Assembly (NCBI RefSeq): GCF_032062105.1
Contig: NW_026934603.1
Span: 1-59,484, forward strand
DNA length: 59,484 nucleotides
Reading direction: 5' to 3'
Origin: Saccostrea cucullata
Lineage: Eukaryota
Shown: one piece after another, positions 51,074-59,484 of the stretch
Position numbering within the stretch: the stretch's first letter is position 1
Layout of the letters: every line of letters starts with the position of its first letter
The notes under the pieces: generated by a model
What the model was told of the DNA's origin: nothing
The model's input: only the letters and a program-made list of their open reading frames with translations
The model's database searches: none
Position numbers and translations under genes: made by a program

Positions 51074-52157
51074 CGAGGGTTGTCCGTAAAAATCGTGGAC
51101 ACCATTGATAATTACTGACAAACATTGATAAAATATATGAAACTATTTTTTTCATTAAATTCATGCTTCATTTTATAAATATGCAAGTTTGCAACAAAAA
51201 CAAAGCACAAATAGTCATATTTTTATCAGATTCAAAAAAAGACACACACTCATACCCGGAGCACTAAAACGAACATTCTTGACGTTACCCGACGTCAAAA
51301 GCTAAATACGAGCACATGTAAATTTTCTTAATATAGTCACCGTTTAACTCAATAAATTTCTTATGTCGTTTTAATCAGTCATAAAAATGTGCACAAAATA
51401 TTCAGGTTTTATTCGAAAAATAATATTTAACAATGACTGTCTCATATCTTGCAATCATCCAACTTCTGTCCATGTAAAGACGTCTGAAATACGGCAATGT
51501 CATGATCACGTTTAACTTACGAAATTCATTTTTTACAGCAATGCAATGTCGGATTGACGGTCTTCCTTCACACATGCCATTCTATAAACTGTTTCTGCCG
51601 TCCGAAAATTATATATTCAACTAAAATACTTAAGAACGTTTTTTTTAAAAATATATTTTCCCGATTGTTTACAGTCTGTATGGGTCTCTGTTGGCGTTTT
51701 TCTAATGTCTAAACAGAATTTTATCGCTGCTCTCTGCTCCACCTTTTCCGAAAACGTCCCTTTTTCGAACAATCCCGATCCTGTCTTAATAGATTCTAAC
51801 CTCGATTTCTCAGCCATTTCTAAACTCTGAACGTTCAAATTTTGCAGGTTTGAAGATTTAACTTTTGTCAACCTCATAATGTAAAAGCAATCCGATTTTC
51901 CGCGGAATTTTACAAAATACAAATGATATTTATAAAGTAATAAATAAATTTTTAATCAAAATATTGCGGTGCTCCGGGTCACCATACCAATTCTGATAAT
52001 GAAGCCATAATTGTAATTATAGAATTGAAATTGAATATAATTTTACATTTTGTAATTCATATTTAGTATAGGATTATAAATATGTTAATAATAAATATCA
52101 ATGACACTATTTTTATTTAAATTTTAGCTTGTCCACGAACTTTACGGACAACCCTCG
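51074..52157 (-). mobile_element. Internally deleted mariner element
   Basis: 28-bp TIR CGAGGGTTGTCCGTAAARWTCGTGGACA (2 mismatches), TA TSD, transposase remnants on the minus strand. Confidence 0.93.
51325..51745 (-). pseudogene. Mariner transposase remnant (N-terminal HTH and extreme C-terminus; catalytic domain missing)
   Basis: EQRAAIKFCLDIRKTPTET (mariner HTH start, in ORF 51617..51922) and KRHKKFIELNGDYIKK (mariner C-terminal motif), with stops and frameshifts between. Confidence 0.8.
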
Positions 52158-52947
52158 TAAATGCATAATAAAACTCTTATATCCACGGGCAGTGAGTGGG
52201 ATAGCATTTTTTTTTAAATATCAAATCATTGACAGTATAACTATTCCCCTCGGGCAGGCCCTCGAAGAATAGTTCCCCTTCTCGAGTTTGATAGAAGAGA
52301 TATACTACTCTCAGCCAGTGGATAAGTGTATAATAATAATAATCTCATGATAGATAATTACTTTACTAAAAAGAACGCACAATTTTTGAAAGTTGTTACA
52401 TGTATAAGTGGCTCACAGCGAAGGTTCTGGGTAGTAATAACCTTTTACAATATACACTGTACACAAAAATCAATGATTTCCTTTTTTAAAAAAGAAAGAA
52501 ATACAGAGTGAAAATGTAGATATGTTGTTTTCAGTACCATTTTTCTACGATTATTGTACTTTTTACCATGCTTTACTACAGGGAATTTAGAATGACGAAT
52601 ATGATATGTTGTCCACTACAAAGTTTTTTCCCACCTCGTTGTAGCCTCTCAACTGACTGTTGATCGACTTAAATACACAACTTAAATTCAGTCAATGAAT
52701 ATGTATACTTTTGTTAAACGACAAACAAACATAAAAATCTTATATTATCCCGAGATGTGTCTTACCTTTGGTCCAAATATTTGAATATATCCACTTATTA
52801 ATTGATATATTTCTCACATCATTTTAACCCACTCCCTCACTCACCGCCAGTTTCCAATACTATGCGTGCGACAATTTTAATTCATATATAAACATGATAT
52901 GTCAGAAATTTTAAACGGAATGCGTCCATTCGACAGGTAAGCAGAAT

Positions 52948-52981
52948 GAATGACACTTCCGACTCGGAACTCCTCTATATA
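52948..52981 (-). promoter_or_regulatory. TATA box + Initiator core promoter (candidate TSS 52951)
   Basis: Minus-strand TATATAG begins at 52981, exactly 30 nt before the A of TCATTC (52951). Downstream donors GCG|GTGAGT (~52843) and AAG|GTAAGA (52766). Confidence 0.5.
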
Positions 52982-54257
52982 CTAGCTATATCTTTATCGA
53001 CAAAAGGATAAATAGAGCATAATAGATCTTTAAGACCATGCAGTCTTATAAAGTTGGCAAGTCGTCAGACATGCAAATTTTCTATTTGTAGAATACGCAC
53101 ATGCACATTATATATTTAAAAGTCCACAGTATTAGTGTTGTACTGGAAAAAGCAGGTCATGTTCCAGATTTGCTGTATAATTTAGTTTGTAAAAGGCGTG
53201 CCTATCGGAATGGAACATAGGATATTTGACTTATTTGGAATTTGGGGCGGGGTTTTAAATTTAGGAGATAAGTATGTAACGAGGTCTCCCATTGGTGGGA
53301 AATATATATGTATAAATACATTCACTATATTCCATCATTCGGAAATTTTCTGATTTTAACATTTTGCTTTTATAAGCATATTTATTATATAAGTACCAAT
53401 GATCATTGGCTTTGAACCCTTTCTTTAAGGCCCAATCCCATAGGTGTTTGGTAAGAAGTATTTGCACCTCCAAATATACATGAAGTCACACCAATAACAA
53501 TATAACAGAAATGCAATCTTACTGATAGGCTCTCTCAATGTTATTCCATAAATGACGAAAGATGTATGCATATTTTGGTCGACCCTCTATACTATAAAAT
53601 CAACAAGGCCTGCAACTGTCCGATCCGCCATATCATAATTTCGATGAATAAAAACTGATTTTGATTTGGATGTTCAAGTGTATATAATGCAAAAGCCTTC
53701 ATAACGAAACTTTCTTCCACTTGCTAATATGGAAACGTTGTATTAAGGGTTTATTGAAAATGCATGAATTTGGTTTATCACTTGAGACTGCGACATTTTC
53801 AGCTTAATCTATGTTGTTTCTCTTGTTTTGGAAACGTTTGTACTCGCTTTGTCATTGTCACAGACATCATTGACATGTCGTCGAGATAATAGAATGTCAA
53901 TGTACGTGAAATTAAAACGCTTTTAACACGTGTTTACCTTCAAGGAGAACAAACCAACAAGAACATTTTGAATTTTCCCTCACGATGTATCAGCGAATAT
54001 CAGCAAGAAAAGTTTTCCTGTAATGTTACTTGTATTCAATAGATAAAGTAAGGGTCCAATATGAGTAGAACTTATTTGAAGTTAATTATCTGAATAATAT
54101 TATGACATGTCGCTATAGCATTTCACACGAAAATATGATAAAAAAACCCCCATTTTATCTGGAAATTATTGAAACTGCAAATTCCAAGACGCTTTTGAAA
54201 GATATATGCCCTTTAAAAATGTAAACTAATCTTTATCATTAATACTTAAGAAAAATG

Positions 54258-54333
54258 GAAAATTGGTTGTGCATATATGAAAGCTACTAGTATTTTAATA
54301 CTAGTAGCTTTCATTTATGCACAACCAATTTTC
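54258..54333. repeat. 76-bp near-perfect palindrome
   Basis: 37-bp arms GAAAATTGGTTGTGCATATATGAAAGCTACTAGTATT, 2-nt loop, 1 mismatch. Confidence 0.92.
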
Positions 54334-54854
54334 TCCTCCTACATTTCTTGTCTGGTGCCAGTGTCAACTTGGCACAAAAACAGAGTAAGACACACGTTGA
54401 TTTTTTCATTCAATATTTGTTTTCTTTTCTTATTTATTATAAAGGCCCGGTTTTAAGAAGACACTTCCATCTTGTAAAAAAAATATTGCAAAAGTTTCTT
54501 CCTATGTCATAGATTTCAACATCCTTTGAAACTACACGCAGTCAATATTTTAGGATAATGGTACTAACAAAAAGTTGCAAACATTTCAGGAAGGGAAATA
54601 TTGAAGCTCCACTCTTTACAATGCTGGATTTGAGGAGCAGCTGGTAAGAACCTCGACTTTGTCTCGGTCCAAAGTGATATTTTTCCTCTGAATAACAAAC
54701 CATTTTCACCAATAGGGCACACTTGTTCATATGTCATAAATTATTTAACGTATTTGGAATTATGATTTAATCATCGCAGTACATGCAATATTTTCTGGGG
54801 AAAAGAAAACATACATGATGATATCACGTATTAAAAGATTGGGGGGGGGCAAAA

Positions 54855-55026
54855 ATGAAAACCATCTTTCCTCCTGTTTTCAATAATCCAGAAGTGAAAA
54901 AAGAAATAGATAAATAACATAATCAATACGTACTGATCCCTGCTGACAAAGCAGGTAACAACATTTTCATTAATTTTAAGGCTCATTATATAAATTGTAT
55001 TTTAGAGGAACTAGGAATTAATTCTG
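54855..55026 (+). pseudogene. Penelope-like retroelement RT-proximal fragment
   Basis: VFNNPEVKKEIDK*HNQYVLIPADKAGNNIFINFKAHYINCILEELGI carries the PADK(G/A)N motif that precedes PLE RT domains; in-frame stop. Confidence 0.7.
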
Positions 55027-55029
55027 TAT

Positions 55030-55456
55030 TTCTATGTAAAACTTTGAATCCCTATGGTGGCCCCGCCTAATGACTAGGGCTCATGAATTGATTAATTTAG
55101 AATCTAAACTACCCCAGGATGCATTCACATAAGTTTCAGCTTTTCTGGCCCAGCGCTTCTTGAGAAGATTTTAAAAATTTTTCATATATTTTTTTATGTA
55201 AAACTTTGAATCCCTATTGTGACCCCGCCTTACCCCCGGGAGTCATGTTTTGAACAATTTAGAATCTATACTACCCCTCAATGCTTCCTTATAAGTTTCA
55301 GCTGTATAAGTTTTAGTAGTTCTTGAGAAGATTTTTAAATGTCCCATCGTATTTTTGTCTTCTCTTGATTATCTCCCCTTGTAAGAAGACTTGTCCTTTC
55401 ATTTTAACAATTGAAATTTCAATTTACCCAAGGATGATTTGTACCAAGTTTGGTTA

Positions 55457-55493
<37 letters not shown>

Positions 55494-55594
55494 GTGAAAA
55501 CCTTTACAGACGGACGGACAGCTAGACGGACGGAAGACAGACAAAATTTTATTAGAAGCGCTCTCTTGAGCATTTTGCTCAGGTGTGCTAAAAA
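55030..55594 (+). mobile_element. HINE carrying ~2 units of a Cg170/166-bp-like oyster satellite
   Basis: ATGTAAAACTTTGAATCCCTAT at 55034 and 55196 (162-bp period); TTCTTGAGAAGA motifs; GACG microsatellite; terminus TTGAGCATTTTGCTCAGGTGTGCTAAAAA. Confidence 0.8.
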
Positions 55595-55790
55595 GCTTTT
55601 AAAGATCTTTCTTTGAGAAAAAGAATAAAATGAAAAATACTTAATGATCAAGAAATAATCAGAGAAAATGTTAAATGTAAAAAATATGCCATATCCCAAT
55701 TTTGTTAAAAAATGCCACCTACTAATAGCACGAATAATGTTAGTCTTCTGCAGGCATAACAAGAGGCACAATCTCCATATCTTAATGAAT

Positions 55791-55960
55791 CAGACACACC
55801 ATCCACAACTTCGGACATGATCACAGAACACCATTCACAATTTTAAACATGATCACAGACACATCATCCACAACTTCAGACAGATCCAAAGACACACCAT
55901 CCACAACTGCAGGTTTGATATTAGACGCATCATCCACACAGGCAGGTCTGCAGACACACG
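55791..55960. repeat. Degenerate ~33-36-bp minisatellite
   Basis: CACCATCCACAACTTC..GATCACAG-like unit, ~5 copies. Confidence 0.7.
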
Positions 55961-55987
55961 AACAACCTCTACTGCAGCTTCAAAGAG

Positions 55988-56432
55988 AACAAGATGTGTT
56001 TGTGAAACACTTTGCACCCGGTGGCAACAAAGTTCAAAAAAGCTATTTTTGGAATATAGTTCACAGTAAAGGTCACAAGGTCATTGACCTTTATGTCACT
56101 TGAAAGAACTTAATAAGTGGATTATGTATCTAATATGTGATGTCAATATCTCCTATGGTTCAAAAGTTATGGCGAAAGACCTAAAAAGCTATTTTTAGCA
56201 TAAGGACCACATTCATGGTCACAAGGTCATTATTATTGGTGCCATTTGAAAGAGCTGAATTAGTGGAGTGTGCATACCAAATATGCAGACTTTATCTCTT
56301 GTAGTTTAAAAATCATTGCGAAGGTAAAAGTTGACAACAGAGAGACGGACAAAGATACAAAAAGATAAACAGACAAACAGACAGGACAAAAACAATATAC
56401 GCCCTGGATCTATCGATCCGAGCGTATAAAAA
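55988..56432 (+). mobile_element. HINE (Helitron-N type)
   Basis: AACAAGATGTGTTTGTGAAACAC start; two units with GGTCACAAGGTCATT; GACA microsatellite; hairpin GGATCTATCGATCC; ATAAAAA end. Confidence 0.75.
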
Positions 56433-56476
56433 CCCTGTAGTATAAAAGAAAAGTACAGGTAAAAGAAAATGCAAAA

Positions 56477-56504
56477 GATTGATTGTATATTGTTTAACGT
56501 CCCT

Positions 56505-56538
<34 letters not shown>

Positions 56539-56772
56539 GTATGCCGGTGAAGGGCTTCAAATTTTGACCTTTTCTCGGCACTCAGGGCCATTGATCTTTA
56601 TCGTGCCAACGCCTGCCGCTGACACGGGGCCTCGGTTTTAAAGGTCTCATCCGAAGGACCCGCAACTTTCACTTCAAATGCCGAGAGCATGGCGAAGGAA
56701 CAGTTGCTACCCATTTTTTATCGACTTAGGTCAGTCGCGGCCGAAATTCGAACTCACGACCTCCCGATCACG
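56477..56772 (-). mobile_element. 5'-truncated tRNA-derived SINE (same family as 48358)
   Basis: Reverse complement of the 48358 body and tail; B box retained, A box lost; imperfect TSD GAAAAKGCAAAAGA. Confidence 0.88.
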
Positions 56773-59310
56773 AAAAGGCAAAAGAAAGAATTGGGATGAT
56801 AAGGGATTTGTAGGTGGACCGAAGAAGAGAATAATAATGATTGTTCTATGAAACTTGTGAGACATGGTATCTTAGAATTTGTTAAGAAATCTGTGCAGAA
56901 CTTTGGGAAATATACACTACCGAGAACATACCATTTACCTCTGCAGAAAGTATAAGAGAGATTAGTCTATCTTAATACATTTAAGATAATTGATAATATT
57001 ATTGACAAAGAATTATCATACTAACGCTACTGCAATGTAAAATATATATTTTTATTTACTTACATGATCTTTGCATATTATACATTAAAAGGGTTTGCAC
57101 CTGGACTGGTGCCACCATTGTTGGATTTCCTGAAGAGGGATGCATAGCCATGCAATGGATGGATTGAATTTATTGTCCCTCGGTAGGTAAGGAATACACA
57201 TATATACTCGTAGTATAAGTGATGTACCCATTGTAAAGGCACATCGTTGTTGAGAGAAAACTTGTTGATAACATCAGAATTGATAGATAAACGGAGAATA
57301 ATGGATGCAGTTGATGGCTGTAACTTGTCTGTGTGAATTTCCTTGCAGTCTGTGATAAGAGATGAGATATCCTCACCTCAGTCTAATGATATTTCAAAAC
57401 GATTCTTTCTATTGAAAGAAGTCAAAAATTTTTATTTGGTATTCTTATTTTAAACCAGTTTAAGCTGTCTTTTAAGGTGCTAGGTCTCTCATCCGATTTA
57501 ACAATGATGGGAGGTGGTCACGGAATATATCAATCATTTGAATTGTGTTTTGCAGCAACTGGATGGTGCTGTGGAGATGTGATGGGTCCTGGAATGTGTT
57601 CCCATAGAATTGCAAAAATGTGACATATTGTGTCCAAGACTAACTTCGGAAGTTTGTTTCTCATTTTTGCATCTCTTGTAAGTTCCATGCAAATGTTCAA
57701 TTGTAAGTCTGAAATAAAGTAGAAGGGGATTGAGCATTTTATCCCACATATTTTTGTGCATCATAGAAATTGACACCGTAAAATATAGTGTCCAATTTCG
57801 AAAATTTTCTTAACGCAAGTGCCTAATAAAGTACTTTTCAAGGTGTTATCTATCATCTTCTAAACAACTTTGGAAAATTACATAATAAATACAATTGATG
57901 GAGATTTAGGAAAATGAATATTTGATATTTTCATTGTTGTCATCGTTTCAGTCACTTAGAATAATCTCTGTTTGTCAAAGTACTCTCTGTGCTGATGTAC
58001 CCAACTGTAAAGCCCAAGATCTGTAGCATGATTATAATTTCCAAGTTAAGACTAGAAAGAACACGCTGATGCAAGTGTAGTAGGGAAATGACATATTGGG
58101 AAACGAAAACAACATAACCCCCCCCCCCAAAAAAAAACATACTTTAGTTTTGAAGTCTATTGAAGTCCTGGTTTTAGTTCTCTCAAACAAGACTGACTCT
58201 CGTAAAATCAGTTATAAAAGTTTTACTATTTTAAGAGTTGATCTGTAAATATGATTGGATGGACATATCATTTAAAATTAATCCAACATCATGTATAACT
58301 TGTAGAAGGAATGATAAAATGATTTTTTCAGGGCTTCATTCTCATCTAGTGGCGTATTTCTTAATGAAGAACAGCTGCTATTTAAACTTTGTTTTTTTTT
58401 TTTTGTAGATTTAAAAAGATACAGCAATGGAAGAATGAGAAATCAACTACCTTACAAGTTTATATACTTTCCGGCTGATGATTGATACCAAATTGCAAGG
58501 CATATGCGAATGATGGCTTGCTCCTTCGTCTGCCACGTTTAGCTTCTGTAATATTTCGTTGTTGGCCAAGTAAAGGCTCTGCTATTCATGTTGGACAGTT
58601 AGCTTTCTTGATTTTTTTTCATTATTTTTATTATGTCATTATGGTTTTAATCTTTCTGTAAGTTTTTTTATTTAAAAATTCTGGAAGATTGTTTTCAAGT
58701 GTAACCGATTAAGTAATAAAACACCTTTTATAATATTATTAAGCTTTATTGTATTATAGATAAATGTCATGGATATCCAAGTAAGAACAAATATGCTGTA
58801 AAGAATTTCCAGATATGTGGGTTGTAATTTGTTGCCAAAGATTTAAAATATCCCATGATAAGTGTGAAGCTGTGAAGTTAATTTCCACCATAATAGGGTT
58901 TTGAGTCTAATACCAAATGCTAGTAGTAATGTTGTCATGATATTTTCCTATCTTATCGAAGAAATTTGTTGAAGGTTTAGAATATCTGGAAACAATGAAC
59001 GTTTGTTGTAGTCGTCTTCCAAAAAGCCCATGTCACATACTTTCTTTTTGTTTTCAATCTTCCTTAGATCTGACATTTCATTGTTAAATAAATGAAGATT
59101 TCTGCACTGTTACATGGGTGTTTTATTTTGGTTATTATCATTTTTTAAAAAGTATTATTATTTCAGTTTTATCAAGCATAACTATATGATCTGAAATCAC
59201 GGTTAAAGGGAGATAATGCATATTTTTTGCAAAAAGTGGAACGCTTAGGAACTGAACATTGACCTCCAGTGGTAGTTGAATGTAGTTCTGTTTCATTTTA
59301 AATGTATATG

Positions 59311-59484
59311 CGAGGGTTGTTCGAAAAGTTCATGGACTTTTTTCATGTCTTTTTTATTTGACGTCATATGTTATCCAAATTTGGTAGAAATATTTTAACA
59401 AGAAATCCAAGAAGTTGCATTGATTTTATTCAAAATATTACGATTTATTTAAAACTATCAAGATTTTAAAAATGCAAAAATCGG
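59311..59484. mobile_element. Left end of a related mariner element, cut by the window edge
   Basis: CGAGGGTTGTTCGAAAAGTTCATGGAC resembles the TIR of the 51074 element. Confidence 0.65.

Larger units (their letters stand above)
50740..52326. mobile_element. Palindromic Crypton-like element interrupted by a mariner
   Basis: Hairpin ACAGTTATGGAAT...ATTCCATAACTGT (50854-50951) and second hairpin at 52176-52326; homologous to 33720-34105. Confidence 0.55.

Noticed and set aside
55849-56103. Thr/Ser-rich mucin-like ORF
   Set aside because: Formed by a minisatellite running into a HINE; no splice-site support seen.

Overview
AT-rich eukaryotic (metazoan) DNA, most likely an oyster-type bivalve. 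That assignment is inferred from a Cg170-like satellite inside Helentron/HINE elements, (CAAT)n-tailed tRNA-SINEs and Penelope fragments. Most ORF-track entries are spurious; the real genes are spliced. By hand I reconstructed four gene models. (1) The 5' six coding exons of NOM1 (minus strand, running off the left edge), including a U12-type GT-AG intron. (2) MEAF6/EAF6 (plus strand, head-to-head with NOM1; six firm exons, last exon ambiguous). (3) A cryptic three-exon 307-codon reading frame or young pseudogene of unknown family between those two genes. (4) A six-exon, 220-aa orphan type I membrane protein (signal peptide, Cys-rich N-glycosylated ectodomain, TM helix, basic tail) on the minus strand at 28.4-35.7 kb, invisible to the ORF track, with a candidate TATA/Inr first exon about 17 kb upstream. 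The rest is a dense, nested mosaic of non-autonomous transposons (hAT, Tc1/mariner, Kolobok-like, Merlin/MuDR-like, Helentron/HINE, palindromic Crypton-like, tRNA-bearing LTR-like, SINEs, Penelope) plus a ~8-10 kb degenerate modular tandem array. All coordinates were read by eye; no searches were run.
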